IMG/VR virus record: IMGVR_UViG_3300020112_001004
Location: 1-64,000 of that record
From: a virus
Taxonomy: Duplodnaviria > Caudoviricetes
Length of the DNA: 64,000 nucleotides
Direction: 5' to 3' (one strand)
The notes beneath the pieces are model-generated. The model had not been told where the DNA came from and made no database searches. It was given only the letters and a program-made list of their open reading frames with translations. This document shows positions 1-10,489 of this stretch, piece by piece. The translations under genes and the position numbers were made by a program. The stretch's first letter is position 1. The number at the start of each line of letters is the position of its first letter.

Positions 1-83
1 GAAGAATATATCTTAAGAGCATAAGGTAACAAATCAAATATTTTAGATAATAATATAATATAGATTAAAAGGAGAAAATAAAA

Positions 84-416
84 ATGAAGAATAAAGTAAG
101 TTTTGAAACTAGAGCAGATGAGATTTTAACTGCATTTAATAATGCTATGAAGGAAAATAATTCAATAGTTCGTTTTCAATTTTTGAGGAGTGTAAAAGAA
201 ATGAAAGCTATGTATAGTGTAGATGTAATAGCAGTAGTTGAAGATGAAATGCTAAAAGAAATAAAAAATACAAATTTCATAATGTCGGACAGATTCTATA
301 AAATTGTAAGAACAGTGATAAAAGAAATGGGATATGAAGACAGAACAAGACCAGCTAACAACACAGGTAACGTTTTCTCAATTAATTTATTTAAAGAATT
401 TTGGGAATGTCACTAG
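84..416 (+). CDS. hypothetical phage protein
   Basis: 110 aa ORF, AGGAG RBS, downstream of motif-A promoter-like repeat. Confidence 0.75.
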   Translation: MKNKVSFETRADEILTAFNNAMKENNSIVRFQFLRSVKEMKAMYSVDVIAVVEDEMLKEIKNTNFIMSDRFYKIVRTVIKEMGYEDRTRPANNTGNVFSINLFKEFWECH

Positions 417-498
417 TTTGGAGGGCGATTTTCGCTCTCTAATACCCTAAGTATATATAAGTAATACGATTTAATTAAAGGGAGTGTCGAAGGAGGTT

Positions 499-1137
499 AT
501 GGCGATGGAAATCAAAGAAATATTACAATTAATAACTAAACTAGAGGATGAGTTTGATTCTAAAGAGGGTAAACGTCTCAACCCCTATACCGAGGAGGGA
601 CTTGCTCTAATTACAGATAAATACCACTATGTCAACTATGGATTAAGAGATATTATAACCAATAAGGAGGAGTTAAGAAAAGCGTATTTTCAAGTGTACC
701 TAAAGCTATATTCTATTTATCTAAAGCGCTTAATAAAAAGAAATGAAGGTGGATTACTATATGAGATAATTTCTCTTTGCTGGGCTATCGACTATAAGGA
801 TGATTTTTGTATAGATTACTGTTGCAGTAGAAACTCTATTTTATGGGTTCTTAAAGACAATAATGATGGTTACTTTAGTAAGTATCATTATGGATATGGA
901 TATGGTTACAATATTTTTGCACAACCTTCAGAATACTCTGATGAAGTTCTAAAGGAGGCAGTTAGAATAATTTATGGCATAGCTGGAGAACAGTTTGATA
1001 AACGAGTATACAAGGGTAAGGCATTATTAGAACAACCTGTAGAGGAGGGATGGCATAAACTTGTTATGTATTGTTTAGACTATTTCCAAGAGGGGCAAAT
1101 AAAAGATGAACTGTATCTAGAGTGTGCGTTGGCTTAA
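499..1137 (+). CDS. hypothetical protein, C-terminal ELYLE-tag family; paralog of 54196..54828
   Basis: AGGAGG RBS before ATG 499; high visible identity to 54196..54828 (LEQPxEEGWHKLVMYCLDYFQEG); ends DELYLECALA. Confidence 0.8.
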   Translation: MAMEIKEILQLITKLEDEFDSKEGKRLNPYTEEGLALITDKYHYVNYGLRDIITNKEELRKAYFQVYLKLYSIYLKRLIKRNEGGLLYEIISLCWAIDYKDDFCIDYCCSRNSILWVLKDNNDGYFSKYHYGYGYGYNIFAQPSEYSDEVLKEAVRIIYGIAGEQFDKRVYKGKALLEQPVEEGWHKLVMYCLDYFQEGQIKDELYLECALA

Positions 1138-1203
1138 GAGCATAAAGGTAACAAATCAAATATTTTAGATAATAATATAATATAAATTAAAAGGAGTGAT
1201 TAC

Positions 1204-1668
1204 ATGGGTAATAAAACCGTAGATAAAAGAGATTTAGTTATAAATCAAGGTGAAGAAATATTGTTAAACAAGTTAAAAGACCATATAGAGAATGAATTTT
1301 GTAACTACGTATACCTTGAGCTTACGCTTGGAGAAGGTATCGAAGATTATTATATTAATTGTATAAAAAATGAAATGTTAACAGTTAATGGAGCGTTCAA
1401 AATTAAAAAGCTTAAAAAGGATGGAAAAAAAGTACATCACTCAATGGACGATTTATTAAATCTTTTGATATATTTTTTAAGTATAAGTCTTGGGAAGAGG
1501 GCACTTGCAAATAGAGCAAAAGAGATAGTAGAAAAATACGGGTCAACCGTTTACTTAGAGGGGATGGAATATTATTTAAAAGAGACTCTCTTGGGTATAA
1601 AATCAGATTATTTCGATAAACTTCGTAACGATTTCGAGAAAATGATAGAAGAGTATATCTTATCTTAA
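1204..1668 (+). CDS. hypothetical protein
   Basis: 154 aa ORF with AGGAG RBS and own motif-A repeat. Confidence 0.75.
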   Translation: MGNKTVDKRDLVINQGEEILLNKLKDHIENEFCNYVYLELTLGEGIEDYYINCIKNEMLTVNGAFKIKKLKKDGKKVHHSMDDLLNLLIYFLSISLGKRALANRAKEIVEKYGSTVYLEGMEYYLKETLLGIKSDYFDKLRNDFEKMIEEYILS

Positions 1669-1736
1669 GAGTCTAGGGTAGCAAATCAAATACGTTAGAT
1701 AATAATATAATATAAATAACCCAAAGGAGTGATAAT

Positions 1737-2171
1737 ATGGGACAGCTATATAGTTTTAAGGGATTGGTTAATATGTGGATAGATAACAATGAATTTGCAT
1801 TGTATCTTACTCCAGAGCTGGGAATGGTATTATTCGAGGAGGAATGGGATAAAGAGGGTAGGTTGGTAGACGGTAAATATCATCATGAATGTAAAATATA
1901 TGACCTGTTAACAGAGGAGCAACATTGTGAACTGTTCAACTTAGAGGATAATTTAGATAAAATTATCGAAGATAAATATATTCAATATATAAATTGTGCC
2001 ATGGATTATCTAGTACAAGAAATTAGTTATAATAAAATAGTAAAACTGGTTTCTGATTTTAAAAATCATCCAAATGGGGCTGTTTATTCTACAATAGACA
2101 AGGCAGTTAGTAGTTACATTGTCAAAAGGAAAGAAGAATATCCAGAGTTGTATTTAGAAGTAATGTTATAA
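1737..2171 (+). CDS. hypothetical protein, ELYLE-tag family (paralog of 2195 and 4988)
   Basis: LYSFKxLVNMWIDNN...YPELYLEVML shared by three paralogs. Confidence 0.8.
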   Translation: MGQLYSFKGLVNMWIDNNEFALYLTPELGMVLFEEEWDKEGRLVDGKYHHECKIYDLLTEEQHCELFNLEDNLDKIIEDKYIQYINCAMDYLVQEISYNKIVKLVSDFKNHPNGAVYSTIDKAVSSYIVKRKEEYPELYLEVML

Positions 2172-2194
2172 AATAAATTAAAAGGAGTGGCAAT

Positions 2195-2635
2195 ATGGAA
2201 CAGTTATATAGTTTTAAGGAATTGGTTAATATGTGGATAGATAACAATGAATTTGATTTGCATTATGCTCCAGAGTTGGGAATGATACTGTTCGAGCTAG
2301 AATGGGGCAAAGATGGTAGGTTGATGGACGGTAAATATTATCCAGAGTGTAAATTATCTAAGTTGTTAAAAGAGGAACAATATCGTGAAATAGGTCGCCT
2401 TGAGCATAGCCTAAATAAATTTAAATTTATCAAAGGTAAATACGTTCAATGTATAAATTGTGCCATGGATTATCTAGCACAAGAAATTAATTGGGGTAAA
2501 GTGGCAAATCTGATTTCTGATTTTAAAAACAAACCAGATACGCTTGTTCATTCTACAATAGATGGAATAGTTAGAAGTTACATTGTCAAAAGGAAAGAAG
2601 AATACCCAGAGTTGTATTTAGAAGTAATGTTATAA
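2195..2635 (+). CDS. hypothetical protein, ELYLE-tag family (tandem paralog of 1737)
   Basis: near-colinear similarity with 1737..2171; ends YPELYLEVML. Confidence 0.8.
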   Translation: MEQLYSFKELVNMWIDNNEFDLHYAPELGMILFELEWGKDGRLMDGKYYPECKLSKLLKEEQYREIGRLEHSLNKFKFIKGKYVQCINCAMDYLAQEINWGKVANLISDFKNKPDTLVHSTIDGIVRSYIVKRKEEYPELYLEVML

Positions 2636-2663
2636 AATAATTTAAAAGTAGGAGTGATGACAA

Positions 2664-3287
2664 ATGAAAAGAAATAAGATTACAAAACTAATAATGATAG
2701 CACTATTATCATTAAATCTATTCACAATTTTTACTGTTAAAAAACAAATTAATAAAAATTTGAATGAAACACAGTATAGTGAACAAGCCACTTCCAGAGA
2801 CGAAAAAGTGGAATATGATAAAGTTATCTTAGAGAGCTTGAGAAGTGTTAGTCGACTTGAAATAGGACAAATCTCTGGGCATGAAGAGGTTGAAGTTAGT
2901 AATTGCAAAAATAGTAAGTTGTTTCATAATTGCAATATTTTAGACTTTAAAGCCGTGTGCCATCTATATATTAATTTTGACAGTATTGGGGAAGATTCTA
3001 TAATAATCAAGGATAATACAGTGTTTATATTTACCAATATTAAGAAAGAAGTAGAAATTGTAGATGTAGCGAGTAAAACGAATAAAGGACTTTTAAGTTT
3101 TTACGAGAGGAAATATTCCAGTGAAGAATTTAATGATATACAGCAAAACGTAAAGGGTAAAATATTGGATAAGATTGAAGAGGGAGATTACAACGATACA
3201 ATTAAGAGAGTAGGGGAGGATAAAATAGAAAAGTTAATAAATAGGTTAACCAATGATAAATACGAAGTAAAAATAGTTGTAAGATAG
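2664..3287 (+). CDS. membrane-anchored protein, possibly DUF4230-like
   Basis: N-terminal hydrophobic helix after MKRNKI; family call from general resemblance only. Confidence 0.5.
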   Translation: MKRNKITKLIMIALLSLNLFTIFTVKKQINKNLNETQYSEQATSRDEKVEYDKVILESLRSVSRLEIGQISGHEEVEVSNCKNSKLFHNCNILDFKAVCHLYINFDSIGEDSIIIKDNTVFIFTNIKKEVEIVDVASKTNKGLLSFYERKYSSEEFNDIQQNVKGKILDKIEEGDYNDTIKRVGEDKIEKLINRLTNDKYEVKIVVR

Positions 3288-3398
3288 GTAACAAATTAGG
3301 ACAAGTTGATAATAATATAATATAGAGAGGACAACCTCTCTAGTACATACTTGCTTAATAAGTAAGTAAATAATAAATTAAAAAGGGGTTTAATAAAA

Positions 3399-4091
3399 AT
3401 GGGGAAAAAGAGAAAAAAGAAAAGGACGTATTGGTATGTAAATATAATAGATGAAAAAAATAATAATAAGCCTTATATAACCTCCAAAGGGAAGAAAGCA
3501 GGTCAGTCTATTAAATTTAATAGTTTTGAAGAGGCTAAACAGTTTATACAAAAAGGAGTGTACCCAAAAAAGAAGTATGATGAAAAAGAAAAATTATATA
3601 ATTATATATTTTTAGATGGCTCATGGTGTTGTAAATGCAATAAAATAAGTAAATCATTTGCTTCTGGATTTATCCATGTGATAAACGGAGAAGTGGTCAA
3701 GGAAAAAGTAAGTTTGGTAAATACTAAAAAACACAAGGAGACTAAACAATTTTTTGATAAAGACAAGACTGGTATTAGTGAATTATACGCTCTAAATATG
3801 GTATTAGAATATATAAAAACATTAAAGCCATCAAAATATAAAAAAGATAGTGTAGTTATAGTAACTGATAGTGTTCAATATATTTATTGTATAAATGAAT
3901 TAAAAATTAAAAAACAATATAATGAAATATCTGAAAAAATAAAAAACAATTATAAATATTTGATTGATAATGGTTATAAAATAAAATTCAGACATGCAAA
4001 AAGCCATAATGGTTGCAAATATAATGATTATATAGATGAAAAAGTTAGATTGGGTAGTAGATTGACTTTACCTTTTACTCAAGAGGATTAA
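3399..4091 (+). CDS. ribonuclease HI-like protein
   Basis: FLDGS...SELYAL...VTDS...HAKSHNGCKYNDYID acidic motifs of RNase H fold. Confidence 0.75.
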   Translation: MGKKRKKKRTYWYVNIIDEKNNNKPYITSKGKKAGQSIKFNSFEEAKQFIQKGVYPKKKYDEKEKLYNYIFLDGSWCCKCNKISKSFASGFIHVINGEVVKEKVSLVNTKKHKETKQFFDKDKTGISELYALNMVLEYIKTLKPSKYKKDSVVIVTDSVQYIYCINELKIKKQYNEISEKIKNNYKYLIDNGYKIKFRHAKSHNGCKYNDYIDEKVRLGSRLTLPFTQED

Positions 4092-4117
4092 TATTAATAA
4101 ACAAAGGGGATATAAAA

Positions 4118-4831
4118 ATGAAAAGGAACAAAATAGTAAAAATATTAATGAGCTTAGGATTAGTGTTATTCACACTATTTGGAGTATCAACTACAGCTAA
4201 AGCAGGTACTAAAAGTTATAGTTTAAATAATAATTGTATAGAGTACAATGTTGGAAATAATTTAAAAAGAACAAAAAAAGAAAAAGTAGAAAAACCTACT
4301 ATAATAATTGATTATGCCCATAGAGCAGTAAAAAACGGACAAATAGACCATGGTGCAGAGGGAGAATTAAAGGGGAGAGTGTATTATGAAGATGATATAG
4401 CAAATGATATAAGTTTTAAGGTTGGAAAGAAGCTTGAGGCAGAAGGTTTTAATGTATTATACACCAGAAATATATCTGGGTTCTGTTCTCTTAGCGATAG
4501 GAAAGAGTTCTGTAGGAATAATAAACATGATTTATATTTAAGTATTCATTTGAATAGTTGCGAGAATAATAATACAGCACATGGAACAGAGGCTTTTAGC
4601 AATGATAGAAAAGAGTTAGCTAATAAAATAGTTGATAGGCTAGTTAAAGACCATGGGTTTACCAAGAGATATGTTAACGAAGATAAATTTTACTGCAAAG
4701 ATGTAGGAGGAGATTTGCTTTTAGAGGTGTCCTATATTAACCATGAGAAGGATTTACTATATACTTTAAATAATAAAGATTCAATAGCAGAGTCAATAGC
4801 AGATGAAATTATAAAAAATTATAGGAACTAG
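4118..4831 (+). CDS. secreted N-acetylmuramoyl-L-alanine amidase (Amidase_3)
   Basis: signal peptide; IIIDYAH, E, YLSIHLNS, GTE, LLEVSY zinc-amidase motifs. Confidence 0.85.
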   Translation: MKRNKIVKILMSLGLVLFTLFGVSTTAKAGTKSYSLNNNCIEYNVGNNLKRTKKEKVEKPTIIIDYAHRAVKNGQIDHGAEGELKGRVYYEDDIANDISFKVGKKLEAEGFNVLYTRNISGFCSLSDRKEFCRNNKHDLYLSIHLNSCENNNTAHGTEAFSNDRKELANKIVDRLVKDHGFTKRYVNEDKFYCKDVGGDLLLEVSYINHEKDLLYTLNNKDSIAESIADEIIKNYRN

Positions 4832-4987
4832 AAATTACAATACTAGACGATAAGCCAGTTTGGGGGAGTCTATAAGTGTTTTGACGTTTAATTTTTAGAC
4901 TAGATTGAGAGTTGATAGATAAGCGTAAAAAGTAACAAATTAAAATGGTTTGCTAATAATATAATATAAATATTAAGGAGTGACAAT

Positions 4988-5425
4988 ATGGAACGGTTAT
5001 ATAGCCTTAAAGAATTGGTTAATATGTGGATAGATAACAATACTTTTAATCTGTGTTATACTCCAGAGTTGGGAATGATATTACTCGAATTAGAACGGGA
5101 TGAAGATGATAGGCTGATAGACGGTAAATATTATAGTGAATGTCATTTATATAAGTTGTTAAAAGAGGAACAACATGGTGAAATAGTATACCTTGAGAAT
5201 AACTTAGTTAATTTTACTGAATATAAATATGCCCAATATATAAATTGTGCTATGGATTATCTAGTACAAGAATTTAATTATAATAAAGTAGCAAAACTGA
5301 TTTCTGATTTTAAAAACAAACCAAATACGGCTGTTCACTCCACAATAGATAGGATAGTTAGTAGTTACATTATCAAAAAGAAAGAGGAATATCCAGAGCT
5401 GTATTTAGAGGTAATGTTGGAATAA
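4988..5425 (+). CDS. hypothetical protein, ELYLE-tag family (paralog of 1737/2195)
   Basis: colinear similarity; ends YPELYLEVMLE. Confidence 0.8.
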   Translation: MERLYSLKELVNMWIDNNTFNLCYTPELGMILLELERDEDDRLIDGKYYSECHLYKLLKEEQHGEIVYLENNLVNFTEYKYAQYINCAMDYLVQEFNYNKVAKLISDFKNKPNTAVHSTIDRIVSSYIIKKKEEYPELYLEVMLE

Positions 5426-5470
5426 GGTAACAAACCATACAAAAATGATAATAATATAATATAAAGCAGA

Positions 5471-5545
5471 GGAAGTCAACAAAGACTTCCAATACATAGT
5501 CTTAAGATATGTACCCACTCTTTGGAGGGGTTAATTTAAAAGGTG
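5471..5545 (+). ncRNA. motif B copy (full three-stem form) upstream of RNAP gene
   Basis: GGAAGTC/GACTTCC-AA-TACATA...TATGT-ACCCACTC/GAGGGGT-TAATTTAAAAGG. Confidence 0.8.
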
Positions 5546-5553
5546 GTATGTAG

Positions 5554-8523
5554 ATGAGTAAATTTAAGAGTTTTAATCAAAGATGTTATTTTAAGATTCC
5601 AAGTGACGTATTGGTTGAGAATGAATTAGATTTAGAATTAACAGATAAATTAATAAAAAGATATTCAATGAGAAATGCAGGAGGGAATTCACAACTATTT
5701 AGATTTATAGAAACAATTAAAAATGAAAACACCTTAAGCAAAGAAAAAAAGATAGAAAAAGCAAAAAAAGATTTGAAAGAATATATGCAAAAGGATAGAC
5801 CTAACGGGAAGAAAATAATAGAATTGAGGGAAGAAATAAATAATTTAAAATTATTAGAGGATATAATAGCAATTAAATTTAATAATAAAAAGCATTTTAA
5901 AGACATAGAAGAAAATGGAGTTGATATAACTTACAATGGGGTAAAAAGACACTATGTCAGATTGGTTGGGACTACTGGTGGGGTAAAGGCAAGTACTGTA
6001 TTATTTATTAATAGCGCAATTAGTCCGATATTAAGAGAAATAATAGAGTGTGGAGCAAGTGAAGAATTTAAGATTATACCAGCTAAATTAGAAGCTTATT
6101 ATGCACTATGTGCGTCTGGTTCTACACCATTAAGAAAAATGCCTAGAATAGCAGTAGTTAAAGATTTAGAAATCGTAATCCATGAAAATGTTGAAGTACT
6201 AAAGGGGAATGTTTGGGATGACGAAGAACAAAAACATTATTATATGAACAATAAAGAAGTTAAAGAGATATTAAAGAAATCTAATAAAAGAGAGGATTAT
6301 GGAACAGACGAAGAATACGAGCAAGTGATAGCACAACAAAAAGAGATAATATCTATGAGGCAACAAATAAAAGACTATGAAAATACTTATACAATAACTG
6401 AAGTTAAAGATTATGCATTAGAAAAGAGCCCATGTGATGGATTAGGGGTTATGACAGTAGAGTTTGCAGAGAGTCTTAAAAAAGAACTCAATATAAATTA
6501 TATACCTAGTGGGGTTAATACAAGATGTGCTTACGGTAAAGGTATGTTATTTACAATGGACTGCATAAAGTTCGTAGAAGTTTTCAATGGGGCTAGTGAA
6601 GAGAATCCTCAAGGATATAAGTTTATAGATTTTTGGGGGAACAAACAAGATATAAGAGAGATTGATGTAATAATGACTCAGAACCAAGTTAAGTTAGCTG
6701 GAGCATATAAAAATATAGAAGATTACGTAGGAAATATGAAAAAGTACGGTTGGAGTTTTTCAATAACAAAAGTTTGTCCTAAACACTTAGAAAGAACAAG
6801 AAATTTAAACTATCAATTTTTACAATCTTATGAGTTCAGTGATGAAGATATAAAAGAACTTTGCAAAGATACTGTAGAGTATTTAAGAGATGTAACAGGA
6901 GGGGACTATTATAAGTCATTGCTATTCTTAAAAGGTAACTCACCTATAGAAGAAGATGATTTTGAGAATGAACAAGCTGGTTATGTAAAGGCTTTAATGG
7001 TAGATAAAGAATTATATAACTATAATTATATAAGAAATAGTTTTATAAACTTTAGTAGAAAAAAAATAAGAGAGGCAAAAAAAGGAAATATAATTGCTAG
7101 AGGTAATTATCAAATAGTTGGAGGAGACCCATTTGCATTGCTACAGCACATTTTTAAATTAGAAGTAACAGGTATTTTAGGAAAAGAAGATTATTATAGT
7201 GCAGAATGGATGAATGAGGGAGTGGATTGCGTGTCCAGCTTTAGAGCACCTATGACAGCTCACTCTAATATAGGTAAATGGAATATAATTAAAAAAGACA
7301 AGGTAAGCGATATGGTAAAAGCTAATGTAGATGACGAATACAAAAGAGCGAGTTACTGGTTTAAATATATAAATACAGCCATTATGGTAAATATATGGAA
7401 CTGCGACCAAGAGAAAATGAACGGAATGGACTATGATTCAGACGCTGTTATGACATTTAGTAGTAGGGTTTTAGTGGATAATGTAAGACCAACCTTACCC
7501 CTAGTATGTTTACAAGATTCTACTCCTAAGGTTAGTGTGAAGGTGGCTAAAACTTTATTAGCTAAAGCAAATAAAAACGGGTTTGGAAACGCAGTTGGTA
7601 GAGTAACCAATGTAGCAACTGCAATGTACGATACAATGGCTAAATTTGAAAAAGGCACTCCAGAATATAATGAAATGCAATATAGATTAAACTCTTCACA
7701 AGCAATTCAACAGGAAGTCATTGATAGTATCAAAGGTATTAAACCAAGAAGCTTCCCTAAATTCTGGATAGACGAAGAGGCTCTAGATAATTGCTTATAC
7801 ATGACCGAAGAGGAAAAAGAATTTAATAGAAAATTAATCACAAGCAAAAAACCTTATTTCTTTAAATACAATTATCAAAGCTTAGCAACAGAGGATAACT
7901 CTAATAATGCAAAAGCAAAATGGGATTATATAATAAAAAATAGAGAGAATCCTGTGAGAGTGGCAGAAGAAGAAGGAGTAGATATCCAAGAGGTTATCCA
8001 AAGTAGTAATAATAGTAATTTAACAAGGCACCCTTCTACTATGAATAGAATATGTATGCATTTAGAAAAAGAGCTAAAAGGATTAAATAAAGCTACAAAA
8101 ACAACTAGTGAATTTGATACTAAAGTGTTTGTTACAGATAAAACAAAAAAAGATTTAGATAGTGTAATAAAAACACTAAAACAAGTAAGAGATGATTATG
8201 TTATCTTTAGTAACCAATATAGATTGATGGATAAAGAGGAAAAGCTTAATTGTAGACAAGACGTTATGGAGGGGTTTAAAACCACACTATTACAATCCTG
8301 TGGAAATGAGGAAATTATAATAAATACAGCATTTGATAAAATGGGAAATGACACTATTGTAGTATCTATATTGTTTGACTTATTTAGAGATAGGTTAATA
8401 GATAATTTATTGAAACATTATAAACACCACACAGTGATAAGACGTGCTAAAGAGGGAGAGGCTTATCAAGTTAAGTATTTGGAAACTAACTATGTAGTTG
8501 GAATCAAGGAAGTGGAACTATAA
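5554..8523 (+). CDS. YonO-like single-subunit (two-barrel) DNA-dependent RNA polymerase
   Basis: 989 aa; CDGLG, R..YGKGML, FRAP and NGMDYDSD (DxDxD Mg-binding) motifs typical of YonO/RdRP-like polymerases; SPbeta-like context. Confidence 0.85.
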   Translation: MSKFKSFNQRCYFKIPSDVLVENELDLELTDKLIKRYSMRNAGGNSQLFRFIETIKNENTLSKEKKIEKAKKDLKEYMQKDRPNGKKIIELREEINNLKLLEDIIAIKFNNKKHFKDIEENGVDITYNGVKRHYVRLVGTTGGVKASTVLFINSAISPILREIIECGASEEFKIIPAKLEAYYALCASGSTPLRKMPRIAVVKDLEIVIHENVEVLKGNVWDDEEQKHYYMNNKEVKEILKKSNKREDYGTDEEYEQVIAQQKEIISMRQQIKDYENTYTITEVKDYALEKSPCDGLGVMTVEFAESLKKELNINYIPSGVNTRCAYGKGMLFTMDCIKFVEVFNGASEENPQGYKFIDFWGNKQDIREIDVIMTQNQVKLAGAYKNIEDYVGNMKKYGWSFSITKVCPKHLERTRNLNYQFLQSYEFSDEDIKELCKDTVEYLRDVTGGDYYKSLLFLKGNSPIEEDDFENEQAGYVKALMVDKELYNYNYIRNSFINFSRKKIREAKKGNIIARGNYQIVGGDPFALLQHIFKLEVTGILGKEDYYSAEWMNEGVDCVSSFRAPMTAHSNIGKWNIIKKDKVSDMVKANVDDEYKRASYWFKYINTAIMVNIWNCDQEKMNGMDYDSDAVMTFSSRVLVDNVRPTLPLVCLQDSTPKVSVKVAKTLLAKANKNGFGNAVGRVTNVATAMYDTMAKFEKGTPEYNEMQYRLNSSQAIQQEVIDSIKGIKPRSFPKFWIDEEALDNCLYMTEEEKEFNRKLITSKKPYFFKYNYQSLATEDNSNNAKAKWDYIIKNRENPVRVAEEEGVDIQEVIQSSNNSNLTRHPSTMNRICMHLEKELKGLNKATKTTSEFDTKVFVTDKTKKDLDSVIKTLKQVRDDYVIFSNQYRLMDKEEKLNCRQDVMEGFKTTLLQSCGNEEIIINTAFDKMGNDTIVVSILFDLFRDRLIDNLLKHYKHHTVIRRAKEGEAYQVKYLETNYVVGIKEVEL

Positions 8524-8525
8524 TA

Positions 8526-8543
8526 GAGGGGCGTTGCCCCTTT
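8526..8543 (+). terminator. probable intrinsic terminator after RNAP gene
   Basis: AGGGGC-GTT-GCCCCT stem followed by short T run. Confidence 0.55.
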
Positions 8544-8599
8544 ATAAAAGGAACAAATTGGACAGGGAAGATAATAATATAATATAAATATAAAAAGGG

Positions 8600-9040
8600 G
8601 TGTGTTATATGGATATAGATTATCCAACAGATAATATAAACAACATGATAAGAGTTATAAGGGGGATGGAGTGGGCAGGTAGAGATTTAGATACTATGGT
8701 TGAATTGGGATATATTATAACGCATGGTGATTTTTCAGACGATAATTTAATAGGGAAGTCTGCGCCATTTCTTTGTTATCAATTTTGTGCCATTCCATAT
8801 AGATATATAAGTTATTCTTTGGGAGATATATTAAGTGATAAAGATAAAGATATTATACACTATTTTAGATTGGCGTTGGAATTTGTAATAAACCATATAA
8901 AAGAACTTTGGCACGATATTTTACAACAACTTAATGATGAATCTAAGATAGGTACTTGGGTGCGTAAGGAATTTATTGGGTTTATGGAAGAAAATAAAGA
9001 TAAATATCCAGAACAGTATCTTGAAATGAAGCTATTATAA
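8600..9040 (+). CDS. hypothetical protein, ELYLE-tag family (paralog of 9063)
   Basis: tandem duplicate; ends YPEQYLEMKLL. Confidence 0.8.
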   Translation: MCYMDIDYPTDNINNMIRVIRGMEWAGRDLDTMVELGYIITHGDFSDDNLIGKSAPFLCYQFCAIPYRYISYSLGDILSDKDKDIIHYFRLALEFVINHIKELWHDILQQLNDESKIGTWVRKEFIGFMEENKDKYPEQYLEMKLL

Positions 9041-9062
9041 AGGTAATGAGTTTAAAAAAGGA

Positions 9063-9503
9063 GTGTATTATATGGACATAGGTTATCCAACAGATAATAT
9101 AAACAACATGATAAGAGCTGTAAAAGGAATGACATGGGTGGGTAGGGATTTAGATGGTATGGTTGAATTAGGATATATTATATCACATGGTAATTTTTCA
9201 GAAGATAATTTAATAGGGAAGCCTACACCATATCGTCCTTCTCAATTTTGCTATGTTCCACACAGATATGCAAGATATTCTTTGGGGAAAGGGCTGAGTG
9301 ATAATAGCGAAGATATTGTGCATTATTTTAGAATGGGACTAGAATTTATAATAAATTATATAAAAGAATTTTGGTGTGAGATTTTACAAAATCTTAATAA
9401 TACATGTTATAGAGATAGTTGGATGTATAGGGAGGTTATTAGGTTTATAGTAGAAAATAGAGATAAATATCCAGAACAATATCTTGAAATAATGTTATTA
9501 TAA
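9063..9503 (+). CDS. hypothetical protein, ELYLE-tag family (paralog of 8600)
   Basis: tandem duplicate; ends YPEQYLEIMLL. Confidence 0.8.
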   Translation: MYYMDIGYPTDNINNMIRAVKGMTWVGRDLDGMVELGYIISHGNFSEDNLIGKPTPYRPSQFCYVPHRYARYSLGKGLSDNSEDIVHYFRMGLEFIINYIKEFWCEILQNLNNTCYRDSWMYREVIRFIVENRDKYPEQYLEIMLL

Positions 9504-9607
9504 AGGTAACAAATTGGACAAGGGTGATAATAATATAATATAGGGAGGACAACCTCCCTAGTACATACTAACTTAGGTTAGTGAATAATTTAAAAGGGGT
9601 TGGGTTT

Positions 9608-10084
9608 ATGTTAAAAATAAAAGCAAAAACTTTAAGAGAATTTGGAAGAATGATAGGACAAGGAAGTACAAGGGAGATATATGTTTTAGACGGAAAAACT
9701 TACAAGGTTGAGACCAAACACTACGGGGACGTTGCAGAATGTAATAAAAACGAGTGGGATATTTATAATAAAAATAAAAGAAGTAAATTTTTAAGCAAGG
9801 TCATTGACCACAATGAAGATTTTACAGTTATAGAAGTGGAAAGATTAGACTGTGAAGTAATTGACAAACATTCTTGGGGTTATGAATCATGTTTTAATGA
9901 CATACCAACTATTTTTGACTTAGTTAAAGGCAATGAAGATTTAAAAGGTAAATTACACGTTACTCCTAGAGGGTTAAAATCTTTTTGTACTAAATATGGA
10001 TTAAGTTATGAAGAGTGTGCTTGTAGTTTTCAATTTGGACTAGCTAAAGATGGCTCAATAAAATTAAGTGACTATGCTATGTAA
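9608..10084 (+). CDS. small protein-kinase-fold protein
   Basis: IGQGSTREIY Gly-loop, YKV lysine, NxxE helix C, C-terminal IKLSDYA (DFG-like); ATG at 9608 follows RBS. Confidence 0.5.
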   Translation: MLKIKAKTLREFGRMIGQGSTREIYVLDGKTYKVETKHYGDVAECNKNEWDIYNKNKRSKFLSKVIDHNEDFTVIEVERLDCEVIDKHSWGYESCFNDIPTIFDLVKGNEDLKGKLHVTPRGLKSFCTKYGLSYEECACSFQFGLAKDGSIKLSDYAM

Positions 10085-10109
10085 TAATTTAAAAACGGGG
10101 GTATGAATT

Positions 10110-10478
10110 ATGGGTATTACAAAAACTAAATTAAATAAAACTAGAAACGAAATAGAAAAAGGTGACGTTGTATATGTTGACTTAAGTAGTTTTGAAGACG
10201 GCTCGGTTCAAGGAAACGGGGTTAATAGTACTGGTAGACCTTGTGTGGTTGTGGGCAGAGGGTTTAATAGTGAACTAATAGTGTGCGCATTAACCAGTAA
10301 AAGTAAAAAAGACATGCCAACACATACAAGGGTAAAAATTAAAGGTAGAGAATCTATTGCCCTATTAGAACAACTATTTACAATAGAAAAAGAAAAGATA
10401 AACTCAAAAAGGTGGCATGTAACAAAAGAAGAAATGGACAATATTGAATCCTGTTTAAAAATAAGTTTAGGTCTTTAG
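10110..10478 (+). CDS. PemK/MazF family endoribonuclease (no adjacent antitoxin seen)
   Basis: KGDVVYVDL...GSVQG...RPCVVV...IVCALTS...PTH...SIALLEQLFTIEK; catalytic Arg and Thr positions retained. Confidence 0.85.
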   Translation: MGITKTKLNKTRNEIEKGDVVYVDLSSFEDGSVQGNGVNSTGRPCVVVGRGFNSELIVCALTSKSKKDMPTHTRVKIKGRESIALLEQLFTIEKEKINSKRWHVTKEEMDNIESCLKISLGL

Positions 10479-10489
10479 GGGGCGAATAT

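Noticed and set aside
421-460. Hairpin followed by TAATACCC as a 28th motif-B copy
   Set aside because: It lacks TACATA; at most a decayed copy, so it was not counted.
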